A stretch of 37,768 nucleotides of DNA from Oculatellaceae cyanobacterium bins.114. GTDB taxonomy: Bacteria > Cyanobacteriota > Cyanobacteriia > Elainellales > Elainellaceae. This document shows positions 30,401 to 37,768 of this stretch, piece by piece (the stretch's first letter is position 1; every line of letters starts with the position of its first letter). The stretch covers positions 1 to 37,768 of the forward strand of contig JANRJA010000251.1 of NCBI GenBank assembly GCA_033764315.1. The letters run 5' to 3'. The notes below the pieces were generated by a model. It made no database searches. It was not told where the DNA came from and worked only from the letters and a program-made list of their open reading frames with translations. A program made the translations under genes and the position numbers.

Positions 30401-30589
30401 GATTGGCAAACCAAACGGGACTCGCAGGAGTTTGAACAGGGTGAAGCCATTCGTGCTCAGGGTTCTATGCTACGAGAACTTCATGCCATGTTGAAGGAAA
30501 AAGACCCCAGCTTTGGTGGGTTGGTACAAGTGCAAAACAAACGCCGTGAGTTCCTCTGGGTTCATCCGCAGTTTGTCAATGAATACTAA
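27410..30589 (+). CDS. Roco protein: LRR-Roc GTPase-COR with Zn-ribbon-like, coiled-coil and uncharacterised C-terminal regions
   Basis: About 10 23-aa LRRs; P-loop GEGEVGKS, TTHGI, WDFGGQ, THQLFF; COR-type VILKPDWL. Confidence 0.93.
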   Translation: MVRDEAYQEAERRIEAARREGATELDLRNLKLTELPESISQLNNLKKLDLGGDSWKDSKNQLTEVPEAIASLTQLQELDLSGNKLTELSEAIASLTQLQSLDLSNNQLTELPEVITSLTQLQSLDLGKNQLEILPNSLTNLTKLTALHLWRNPLSLVPNIIFHLKSLVSLQLNSIGLHELSSEIALLENLEFLHLFNNELRRIPPEIGQLKKLKVLEIGVEIVGGNLLNSLPEEIGLLSELESLRLDRNELTTLPNSLSYLHKLKTLNLAKNPLNPDVAAAYKQGIEAVMQYLRARSAGEVMLNEAKLILVGEGEVGKSCLLGALRRDEWVDGRPTTHGIEIKPVIVTAPDSGTKITLNGWDFGGQRVYRPTHQLFFSSSAVYLVVWKPREGPQQGFVKEWITLIKHREPDAKVLVVATHGGPGQRQPDIDRQELIDLFGNDTVVDFFHVDSLLSTGITELRDAIANTAANLPGMGRLVPTKWQRIRELLEESGKTYLPYNEIIALCEEQGLEGFAAELFVRVSHTLGYLIHYHYDPILQDIVILKPDWLAKAISFVLDDETTRCRNGLVEFAHLSQLWSHPPFAGEEGYPKALHPVFLRLMERFDLSYKVVLDPASREESTTSLIAQLVPDNRPEQLPNWGEQPDEGDRQQVQICRIVDDRGQSANAEGLFYQLIVRLHKYSLGRNNYENSIHWQRGLMLDNDYNGRALLEHIGNDVKITVRAAYPERFLAYLTEEVKWLVESFWEGLNCNIMVPCIAPCGMETPGHGLFEVQKLIESKKKNRPEFPCPISGCDEWQNIDQLLNNAPAAQPTVQEVLSEKLTDVQETLQVIRKEIRVKDQRDQLRYQDLSKKQLATMSLVDQQFADLMQMLTDEAKDGPRLFSFKPVDPKFFDRPKWISEKFQLTLWCEHSRKPLPALNPPGSKQGVYVLELNREWFTKAVPYFKLLTGTLSLVLPVAASTTQFMLDDATYKGIQEELDLGQKSLEFGIKGSNMAIDWQTKRDSQEFEQGEAIRAQGSMLRELHAMLKEKDPSFGGLVQVQNKRREFLWVHPQFVNEY
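27593..27799 (+). repeat. Three tandem 69-bp LRR-coding repeats
   Basis: Units start at 27593, 27662 and 27731; units 1 and 2 share a 31-bp identical block containing HIP1 (27611, 27680). Confidence 0.9.
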
Positions 30590-30608
30590 AAATTAGGAGG
30601 GAAATTTC

Positions 30609-30983
30609 CTGAGTATTCATTCAGATGACCCCGCTATTGCCGCTCTCTACGAAGAAATTGGCAATCTCGTTATTCGTTTCCCACTATTACAATGCGAAGA
30701 ATGCGCCAACACTCTTAAACAATGGCTTAAACAACGTGGAATCCCTGGAAAACTCTGGCGGCTAACAACTCGCTATGATGGAGAAGACTTCATTCTTAGC
30801 GATCGCCTTGAACAGAAGGGTTGCTTTGAAACAATAACTGAAAACGGCGTCCATTACGGGGTTGAGGTATATGGAAAGATATTTGACAACCTTTCCAAAC
30901 AGGGACTGTTTCCAGACGATTGGGTTAAGGATTTTACATCTCTATCTAATGAATTTGATGTCGAAGTGATTGAAGAACTCTAG
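30609..30983 (+). CDS. Papain-fold toxin (Tox-PL-2-like), 124 aa, CTG start; absent from the ORF track
   Basis: AGGAGG at 30595-30600, 8 nt before CTG. Open frame (M)SIHSDDPAIAALYEEIGNLVIRFPLLQCEECANTLKQWLKQRGIPGKLWRL...FILSDRL...ITENGVHYGVEVYGKIFDNLSKQGLFPDDWVKDF...EEL*, with a Cys/His/Asp triad pattern. Confidence 0.85.
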   Translation: MSIHSDDPAIAALYEEIGNLVIRFPLLQCEECANTLKQWLKQRGIPGKLWRLTTRYDGEDFILSDRLEQKGCFETITENGVHYGVEVYGKIFDNLSKQGLFPDDWVKDFTSLSNEFDVEVIEEL

Positions 30984-31010
30984 AAGTTTGATGAGTGGAG
31001 CTAGTTAAGT

Positions 31011-31379
31011 ATGGGCACATTATTTGACTTACTTGAAAAAATTAAAGCTAAGCCAGGGCTTTATATAGGAACTGCCTCTATCACACATTTACGAATGTTC
31101 ATCGTTGGGTATCAATTTGCTCGCTCAGAAATGAGAATTGCCAATACCGATGCTGAAAGTGATTTTTATAAAAACTTTCAACCGTGGTTACAAAATCGCC
31201 TATCGATTCGCACTGTAAATGCTTGGGATAAAATTATTTTGCTGACGTGCATCGATGAAAAAGCTGCATTTGATTACTTCTTCCAGCTTTTAGAAGATTT
31301 TCTCCAGCGTGATAAGAGTCAGGATATTGACCCCATCTTGGTGGAATCATCCTCTAAAAACGTTGAACAAGCTGCATAG
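31011..31379 (+). CDS. Hypothetical protein, putative immunity/antitoxin partner of the papain-fold toxin
   Basis: 27 nt after the toxin gene; GGAG RBS; KPGLYIG, FQPWLQ and AFDYFFQLLEDF segments. Function inferred from position. Confidence 0.75.
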   Translation: MGTLFDLLEKIKAKPGLYIGTASITHLRMFIVGYQFARSEMRIANTDAESDFYKNFQPWLQNRLSIRTVNAWDKIILLTCIDEKAAFDYFFQLLEDFLQRDKSQDIDPILVESSSKNVEQAA

Positions 31380-31455
31380 AAGGAACGTTAGAATTAAATG
31401 AATCTATTCACATATCGCCCCCCGATCGCACCCTTTTTTTTCAAGGAGTCGGGCT

Positions 31456-31809
31456 ATGCGTCAATCAAAAGTTCAATCAATTATTCAACGCCGTTTGTTA
31501 GGAATCGCGATCGCCACTTCGCTAACTCCCACCATCCTTGTGTCACCCAGTTTTGCCTTGTCGATTTCGCCTCAAGCCTTGTCTCAAATCAACGCTGCAC
31601 TCAACTATCCCAATGCCTCACAGCGATTTTTTGAAGAGGGACAGGAGCGGTTTGAGGACGAAGTTCAGCAACTCCAGGAACCTGCTACCAATGCAACTGA
31701 GCCACTGCAAGTGGACGAAGACTTACCAGACACACTAAACCAGCAACGCTTGCAACTTGAACAACCTGATGAGCGATCGCACGACAGAAGAGAGTCAGGA
31801 AGTCTATGA
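31456..31809 (+). CDS. Hypothetical exported protein
   Basis: AAGGAG RBS, signal-peptide-like N-terminus (SFA|L), SQRFFEEGQERFEDE segment. Confidence 0.7.
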   Translation: MRQSKVQSIIQRRLLGIAIATSLTPTILVSPSFALSISPQALSQINAALNYPNASQRFFEEGQERFEDEVQQLQEPATNATEPLQVDEDLPDTLNQQRLQLEQPDERSHDRRESGSL

Positions 31810-31922
31810 ATCTTGAATTATGAGTTTTGAATTTTGAGTTGAGGTATCAATTTAGAATTCAAAACTCATACCTCCAAACTCATACCTCCAAACTCATAAC
31901 TTAACTCCAAACTCATAACTCC
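31805..31922. repeat. Short tandem (7/14-nt) repeat tract with inverted arms between convergent genes
   Basis: TATGAGTTTTGAATT (31819-31833) / AATTCAAAACTCATA (31856-31870); repeated AAACTCATA(C/A)CT. Confidence 0.8.
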
Positions 31923-31927
31923 CTCTC

Positions 31928-32746
31928 CTACACTGCCACCTGCAACATCGGAGCACGCTTGGCTAGATCAAACTTGTAGCCATTTGGCAGAATGTGTAGC
32001 TTTGCCCCACAAATGGCCAGGTTCTCATCCCGCAGCAACTCATCCACGTTGGTATGGGTGATATTGGCTACATCAATCACCGTCACCGCACCCCTGCCAA
32101 TCACCTCGACCTCTGCTCCATTAATGGCGATCGCGGTGTCTTCATCAATGCCAAACCCCAAAATAGCGGGCTGTTGCGCTAAAGCTGAGATCAAACGCCC
32201 CAATCGTCCACGTTGAGCAAAATGCTGATCAATCACGACTCCTGGCAAAAACCCCATCCCTGGCCCCATTGTCACCACTTCCATCCGGGGATTCGTTTCT
32301 GACTCCCCTTCGACAATCATCACATCTGGCATCATGGCCGCACCTGCACTGGTTCCAGCAATCACAATTCCCTGCTGAAACCGCTCGTGCAATTTGGCAT
32401 CCAGTTCAGTGTCTTTGAGATATTCGGTGATGCGGGCTTGATTGCCACCTGTAAAAAACACGCCTGTTGCCTGATCAATCTTGGCTAACGCATCAGTATT
32501 GCTGGCATCTTCGCGTCGTTCGGTGTCAACTACTTTGACATTCTCTACGCCCAATCGCTCAAATGCTCGAATGTAATCAGAGCCGACTTCCCCTGGCAAC
32601 TCAGTCGCTACAGTCATCACGACAACTTGGGCTTGCAATCCACCTGCCCGTCGCACAAACTCTCGCAGAACCTTGCATTCCCCTTCTTTTTCCTCTGCTC
32701 CACCGATAATTACTAACTGACCATGAGACTCATCTAAAGCTGCCAT
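31928..32746 (-). CDS. cphB2: Cyanophycinase (CphB2-type by context)
   Basis: IIGGAE, TGGNQ, GTSAG, DQHFAQRGR, GIDEDT; divergent from cphA2. Confidence 0.92.
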   Translation of the reverse strand: MAALDESHGQLVIIGGAEEKEGECKVLREFVRRAGGLQAQVVVMTVATELPGEVGSDYIRAFERLGVENVKVVDTERREDASNTDALAKIDQATGVFFTGGNQARITEYLKDTELDAKLHERFQQGIVIAGTSAGAAMMPDVMIVEGESETNPRMEVVTMGPGMGFLPGVVIDQHFAQRGRLGRLISALAQQPAILGFGIDEDTAIAINGAEVEVIGRGAVTVIDVANITHTNVDELLRDENLAICGAKLHILPNGYKFDLAKRAPMLQVAV

Positions 32747-32842
32747 ATCAATTTCTGTACTTTTTTAATTCTATTTCCACTCAATCACGGCAGCAGTTAA
32801 GGCTTAACGTCCCTTAGATAGATTTAAATCAGAGCGATAGAC

Positions 32843-32886
32843 AGAGGGCAGAGCGACGATGAGATGACATCTCACTCTTACCCTCT
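32843..32886. terminator. Imperfect hairpin between the small ORF and cphB2
   Basis: AGAGGG...TGAGATG-a-CATCTCA...CCCTCT. Confidence 0.35.
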
Positions 32887-32899
32887 TGATTCCTTGTTT

Positions 32900-33118
32900 T
32901 TACAAAACGGCTTGCTCATCTAATTGATTGAGCAAAATTAGTGTTCTTAATAGATTTTGGGCGTATTCCAGATTCAAATGTCTGGGTTTGCCTTTATAAA
33001 CAATTTGGTATTCTCCTTCGTATTCACCATCTCCATAACCAGAAATAAGTTTTTGATGAAACGCTTCTTCAGCCAGGTGTTGCACAGATTCTCTTAGAGC
33101 AGCTTGAGTCGTATTCAT
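32900..33118 (-). CDS. Small hypothetical protein (72 aa) in the cph2 cluster
   Basis: AGGAG RBS then ATG 33118; MNTTQAALRESVQHLAEEAFHQKLISGYGDGEY... Confidence 0.7.
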   Translation of the reverse strand: MNTTQAALRESVQHLAEEAFHQKLISGYGDGEYEGEYQIVYKGKPRHLNLEYAQNLLRTLILLNQLDEQAVL

Positions 33119-33328
33119 GAGGCTGTCTCCTACATATGTTTTGTTTCTTATTAGATCTGTTATAGAAACATAATGGCTTAACTTCAACCTTCGAAGGTTG
33201 TAATACTTTGCGAGAGAAAACCTGCTTTATGAGCAGTTTGGAACCCTTTAAAGCGTTGTCTCTAGATAGAGGAAGCAAGTTAGCGATCGCGCTAAACTCA
33301 GGCTTGAACTGAACACAAATTTAAGGTC

Positions 33329-35239
33329 ATGGTGCTAGAACAAAGCTCCAATACATACAGCGTGAATGCCCGCAAAACGGATGCATTTGACGTTTTCAAT
33401 TGCAATACGTACATCGGTTCAAATCCATATTTAGATGCAGCTGCATTCGTGTTTGATGTTGCACTAACTGGATACCGTGAACCGCTGCCAATTGAAGAAT
33501 ATGTGGCTGTTATTGGCGATCGCTATCCTCAGTTGCGTGATCACGTCTTTGATTCTTATGCTCATTTGTTTGCTCAAACAGCCCTCGAAGTCAGCAAATT
33601 AGAGATGGACTTGCACTTTCACCGCTATAGCTTGCATGCTTTAGAAGGTCGCATCCGCATTGCCGTACAAGCGTTGCACGGGCGCACTAGTCGGGCTGTG
33701 GTCTATTGTGTGTGGGATTGGTTTGAGGCAATTACAAAGGATCAATCCTTTAACCTAGATGATCAGATCGAAGTCATGCAGGGCATGTTTCGGCAATCGG
33801 TCTATGGCGGCCCAACAGTGTATGCATTGCTGAGAACTGCTTATGAAAAGGGCATTCCCACCTTTTATTTGTGGGATGAAGGATTAATGCAATATGGCTA
33901 TGGCAAAAAACAAGTCCGGGGAGTTGCCACAACATTTGACGGTGATAGTCATCTAGATTCTGATTTCACCACCCGCAAGGATGACTGCAAAGCCTTTCTT
34001 AGTACATTAGGGTTTCCGGTTCCCAGAGGAGAGATTGTCATCTCCGTAGATGAGGCCACTTCCGCGGCGCGACGAGTTGGCTATCCGGTTGCAATTAAGC
34101 CTGTGGTAGGGCACAAAGGACATGGAGTAACCACTGATATTCAAGATGCCGATAGCATTGAGATTGCGTTTGAACGGGCAGTCGAGGCGATCGCAGAGAG
34201 TGACCCCATTCGCGTCATTGTCGAGCAAAGCGTTACTGGGTCGGACTACCGCTTGCTCTGTGTTAACGGTCGCTTTGTCGCCGCAACTGAGCGTCGTCCA
34301 GCGTTTGTGGTCGGAGATGGAGACTCGACCATTGAGGAGTTGATTAACCAAGAAAACCGTCAGCTTGCTCGGACTGACACCCCCACATCTCCTTTGGGTA
34401 AGATCCGCATTGATGAGGCAATGGAGAACTACCTGGATGAGCAAGGATTATCATTGGATAGCATCATAGAGAGCGATCGCACGGTTTATCTCCGCAAGGT
34501 TGCCAACCTCTCCGCCGGGGGATTGAGCATTGATGCCACTGCAACGGTTCACCCTGACAACATCATCCTGGCACAAGATATTGCTCAACACTTTCGCCTG
34601 ACCTGTCTGGGCATTGACGTGATTGCCCGTGATTTAACTCGCTCTTGGAAAGACGGCAACTTCGGTATTTTAGAAATCAATGCGGCTCCGGGCATCTATA
34701 TGCACTTAAAGCCTGCTCAAGGAGACAGCATTGATGTGCCTTCTGCCATTCTCGGCACGTTTTTTGAATCGGGAGCAGCGGCACGCATTCCCATCATTAC
34801 CTTTAACCGGGTTTCAGTTTCAGAACTGCAAGAAACCATCGACCATATCTTGTTTCAACACCCCACTTGGACAATTGGGGCAGTGTGTCGAGATGGCGTG
34901 TTTGTTAACCGCGCCGAAAAAGTGTTACATCCTGACTACAATATCAATGTGCAAAATCTCGTCCGCAACCCCAAACTGGATGTCCTAATTGTGGAATATG
35001 CAGACAGCCTCTTAGAACGAGACGGCATGTTTTACTACGGCAGCGATATTGTCGTACTTAACAATCCTACAGAGACTGAGTTGACCCTTACCCGCGATGT
35101 CTTTGAACATTCCACCATTGTTGTCAAAGAAGGAGACACGGTCTCTATTCGTCGTCAGGGCTTAATGGAGCAATATCGCTTGGGTGGCTCAGAACCCTTT
35201 CAACGGGTTTATCTCAAAGAGCTTGCCACAATTCTATAA
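33329..35239 (+). CDS. cphA2: Cyanophycin synthetase 2 (beta-Asp-Arg dipeptide polymerase)
   Basis: 636 aa; YGGPT, ATP-grasp motifs (KPVVGHKGHGV, DYRLL, ANLSAGG, EINAAPG), truncated Mur-like C-terminus starting RIPII. Confidence 0.92.
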   Translation: MVLEQSSNTYSVNARKTDAFDVFNCNTYIGSNPYLDAAAFVFDVALTGYREPLPIEEYVAVIGDRYPQLRDHVFDSYAHLFAQTALEVSKLEMDLHFHRYSLHALEGRIRIAVQALHGRTSRAVVYCVWDWFEAITKDQSFNLDDQIEVMQGMFRQSVYGGPTVYALLRTAYEKGIPTFYLWDEGLMQYGYGKKQVRGVATTFDGDSHLDSDFTTRKDDCKAFLSTLGFPVPRGEIVISVDEATSAARRVGYPVAIKPVVGHKGHGVTTDIQDADSIEIAFERAVEAIAESDPIRVIVEQSVTGSDYRLLCVNGRFVAATERRPAFVVGDGDSTIEELINQENRQLARTDTPTSPLGKIRIDEAMENYLDEQGLSLDSIIESDRTVYLRKVANLSAGGLSIDATATVHPDNIILAQDIAQHFRLTCLGIDVIARDLTRSWKDGNFGILEINAAPGIYMHLKPAQGDSIDVPSAILGTFFESGAAARIPIITFNRVSVSELQETIDHILFQHPTWTIGAVCRDGVFVNRAEKVLHPDYNINVQNLVRNPKLDVLIVEYADSLLERDGMFYYGSDIVVLNNPTETELTLTRDVFEHSTIVVKEGDTVSIRRQGLMEQYRLGGSEPFQRVYLKELATIL

Positions 35240-35458
35240 CTGATACCGATTGAAACAGTCTTGACGACAGATCATCGCCCCGAACTCTCAGTCACCCTTA
35301 TTAAGAGGGATATTCGGAGGCGGGAGGAGCTGATGTGTCGCATTCGTAACTCAAGTTGGGATGCAATAAGGCAGAGTGGATGGGTGAATAAGTGGGCGTT
35401 GCTCTAACCCTTCTACTGCTCCACCCACCTACCGTCTACCCATTTCCCTGTCTACTCA

Positions 35459-36058
35459 TCACGCTTCCCCTAACCACACCAACCACGCTGACCAGTTTTG
35501 CACTAACAGAGCTAGTTCTGCATAGCCACCCGCTAGGGGATGAGCACCGTCATTTTGAGCAGCTTCTTGCAGCCAAATTTTAGAGGCTTGCAATGGAGTA
35601 AAAACATCTAAAAACGGTATCTTAAGTTGAGTACAAACCTCAGCCAGCTTTTCAGTTAGGTACGCCGATCGCCAGTTTTGTTCTCGATCAGCGATCGGCA
35701 CAGGACTCAGCATCAACACTGGAAACATCTGCCGTGCTTTGTTCAGAATGGCATAGGCATTCTGGGCAGACTCGTCTAGTTCGATGCGAGGTTTGCCTGC
35801 TTCGATCGTGGTGTCATTGACCCCAAACGAGAACACAATTCTGCCTTGATCGGGGTCAGGCAAACGGCAGGACACTTCTGATTGCCACCGTTGTTGAATA
35901 TCAGCGGTGGTTTCTCGGCGCACACCCAGGTTGTAATGGGTGATGTCATGTCCTCGATCGCGGGCTGCCGCACAGACGCGCCCTGTCCAACCCAGATAGG
36001 TTGGATCACCCGTGCCATTTACAAACGAGTCGCCGACAAAACAGATACGCAGTTCCAT
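35459..36058 (-). CDS. GDSL/SGNH hydrolase
   Basis: VGDSF, NLGV, GVND, DGAHP; start trimmed to ATG 36058. Confidence 0.92.
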   Translation of the reverse strand: MELRICFVGDSFVNGTGDPTYLGWTGRVCAAARDRGHDITHYNLGVRRETTADIQQRWQSEVSCRLPDPDQGRIVFSFGVNDTTIEAGKPRIELDESAQNAYAILNKARQMFPVLMLSPVPIADREQNWRSAYLTEKLAEVCTQLKIPFLDVFTPLQASKIWLQEAAQNDGAHPLAGGYAELALLVQNWSAWLVWLGEA

Positions 36059-36071
36059 AAGATGGATGGGG

Positions 36072-37253
36072 TTATTGCTGGGAAATTCGTTTGCCTTCTG
36101 GCCCACTTAAAAGTTGATGAGCATCAACTAGCAACGCTGGAATTTTGTCAGCGTGAGGGCTACGAGCAAGGCATTGATACAGGTCGAGTTGGGTAAGGGG
36201 ATTAACTTTGTTACCAGGAAACCAGTGACTGGCATTCCCTAGCATGTTGTAGCGCACTCTAGCATAGTCGATCATGTCATAGGCGATCGCCAAATTACGC
36301 AACCACAAGATGGCTCGAATGTTTACTTGCCCTGGTATTTCTTCGAGTTTGGGTAAGCCCACCTGCCACGTCTTCACCCAGTTTTCGCCCAGACAGTTGA
36401 TTGCTTCTTGCTCTAGCCGTTGCAAGATTGGAGGTAAAACTTCATCAGCCCGATCTAGATAATCTAGCACTCGCAGATGTTCATCAAAGTCAGTCGGGCG
36501 GGCTGCCCCAATGCTCAGAGTATGCACCTGTGAATGGCTCAGGCAAAACAAGTTATTAAACACAATTGGACTCAGGGGTTGGCACAATTCCACTAGTTTT
36601 TGAGGTGGTTTATAGAGCATTCCTCCTTTGTCAGAGGGGCTAATGATAAACACCCCCATATCGTGAGCATGAGCCGCTGCGATCGCCTGCCAATTAACCT
36701 GATTAATGTAATACCAGTGCAAGTTGACATAATCAAACTGATTTGTGGCGATCGCTTGAATAATCACATCCGTTGGGGCATGGGTCGAAAACCCAATAAA
36801 CCTCACCTTTCCCTGGTCTTGAAACCGCTGAGCTACCTCTAAACAGCCACCCGGACGCAAGCTGTACTCTAGCAACTCTGGAGTATTAATCCCATGCAGC
36901 CCTAATAAATCTACATAGTCAAGCTTGAGATTGGCTAACGACTGCTCTAGCGTCTGCTGAAACTCAGTTGCATCTGCCACCGGAGAAACCTTGGTTTGCA
37001 CAATTAACTGCTCTCGCGGCAATTTTGGCAAAATTTTCCCTAATTGCACCTCAGAGGTGCCATAGCCGCGGGCTGTCTCGATATGACAGATGCCTAATTC
37101 AACGGCTCGACGAATCGTTGCTTCTAAGTTGTCTTGGCTACTTTGAGGAATTTCCTCAGTTGAGATATCCTGCCATTTGTACTGATACCGCATTCCTCCA
37201 CAGGAGAAAATGGGCATTGACAATCCTGTTCGTCCAAATCGTCGATACTGCAT
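36072..37253 (-). CDS. Aldo/keto reductase family protein
   Basis: YRRFGRTG, ETARGYGTSE, QTK, SLANLKLDYVDL, FIGFSTH. Confidence 0.92.
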   Translation of the reverse strand: MQYRRFGRTGLSMPIFSCGGMRYQYKWQDISTEEIPQSSQDNLEATIRRAVELGICHIETARGYGTSEVQLGKILPKLPREQLIVQTKVSPVADATEFQQTLEQSLANLKLDYVDLLGLHGINTPELLEYSLRPGGCLEVAQRFQDQGKVRFIGFSTHAPTDVIIQAIATNQFDYVNLHWYYINQVNWQAIAAAHAHDMGVFIISPSDKGGMLYKPPQKLVELCQPLSPIVFNNLFCLSHSQVHTLSIGAARPTDFDEHLRVLDYLDRADEVLPPILQRLEQEAINCLGENWVKTWQVGLPKLEEIPGQVNIRAILWLRNLAIAYDMIDYARVRYNMLGNASHWFPGNKVNPLTQLDLYQCLARSPHADKIPALLVDAHQLLSGPEGKRISQQ

Positions 37254-37634
37254 AAAAAATTACAAAGCAGCGATAGAAATCAGTTCTTTTACGAATGCCC
37301 TAGAGGGGACAAAACTCGCAATAATAAGGTTAGTTAACTTTTCCGCGAGTCAGCAAGCCTTGTAACGTACACCTCCCCCCATTAGCGGCAGAATTGATGC
37401 AGTTACAAACATTATCTAAAGCTAGGAGAAGTACGGATGTGCTGGCTTTGGCATTTTGGTTACATCTTCGATAGGTGAATTCGAGACAATAGACAGGTTG
37501 GGCAATTATAACGCTGTGAAAGCTAAGCCAATCCTGTTGCCATCCTCCTCAGATTGGCATTTTTCTCACTTCCTGATAAACCATTCAGGATAATTGTCCG
37601 TCTTTTTAATTGATTCTTCAAACTGAGATTGCAT

Positions 37635-37768
37635 ATGGACTTTACTGACCTAGATGATATAGAGACTTCTGTTAAAGATTTGTTATCACTTGCAAAAGTT
37701 GAATTAGAAGAGAAACGGTTACAACAACAACGAGATGAACAGATTCAGCAGAAAGTAACGGAGATTCA
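37635..37768 (+). CDS. Partial hypothetical protein running off the window
   Basis: ATG 37635 open to the edge: MDFTDLDDIETSVKDLLSLAKVELEEKRLQQQRDEQIQQKVTEI, coiled-coil-like. Confidence 0.6.
   Translation, partial: MDFTDLDDIETSVKDLLSLAKVELEEKRLQQQRDEQIQQKVTEI

Larger units (their letters stand above)
1..37768. repeat. Dispersed HIP1 octamers (GCGATCGC)
   Basis: Dozens of copies in coding and intergenic DNA; characteristic of many cyanobacteria. Confidence 0.95.

Noticed and set aside
31805..31922. Possible CRISPR array
   Set aside because: Units are 7-14 nt, contiguous and lack unique spacers; no cas genes in the window.
32747..33328. NtcA box in the cph2 promoter regions
   Set aside because: No canonical GTA-N8-TAC found by eye.
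37437..37478. 13-aa micro-ORF (MCWLWHFGYIFDR) after AGGAG
   Set aside because: Too short to distinguish from chance without conservation or ribosome data.

Overview
Cyanobacterial chromosomal window, with abundant HIP1 (GCGATCGC) sites, ndhCKJ and cphA2/cphB2. Core genes: ndhC-ndhK-ndhJ, a tandem-GNAT acetyltransferase, a CBS/PAS/GAF HisKA_2 kinase plus a REC-HisKA hybrid, a histone-deacetylase-family protein, ispG, ctpC-like protease, 2H phosphoesterase, YciI, smpB, purL-purF, a TPR protein, an ABC ATPase, rsmG, Uma2 nuclease, acyltransferase, alpha/beta hydrolase, cphB2/cphA2, GDSL hydrolase and aldo/keto reductase. The most notable region is an accessory locus at about 26.5-31.4 kb. There an MntA-HepT toxin-antitoxin pair lies between two copies of the promoter/5' end of an LRR-Roc-COR (Roco) GTPase gene. 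The Roco gene is followed 19 nt later by a gene missing from the ORF track (30609-30983; AGGAGG plus CTG start, no in-frame ATG) that resembles a Tox-PL-2 papain-fold toxin, and then by a likely partner/immunity gene. A vapBC module has its toxin gene frameshifted by a 101-bp TA-flanked MITE that has a second copy next to smpB. Several other MITE/REP-like repeats occupy intergenic regions. I found no tRNA, rRNA, CRISPR array or transposase. All family calls come from motif recognition by eye, not database searches.
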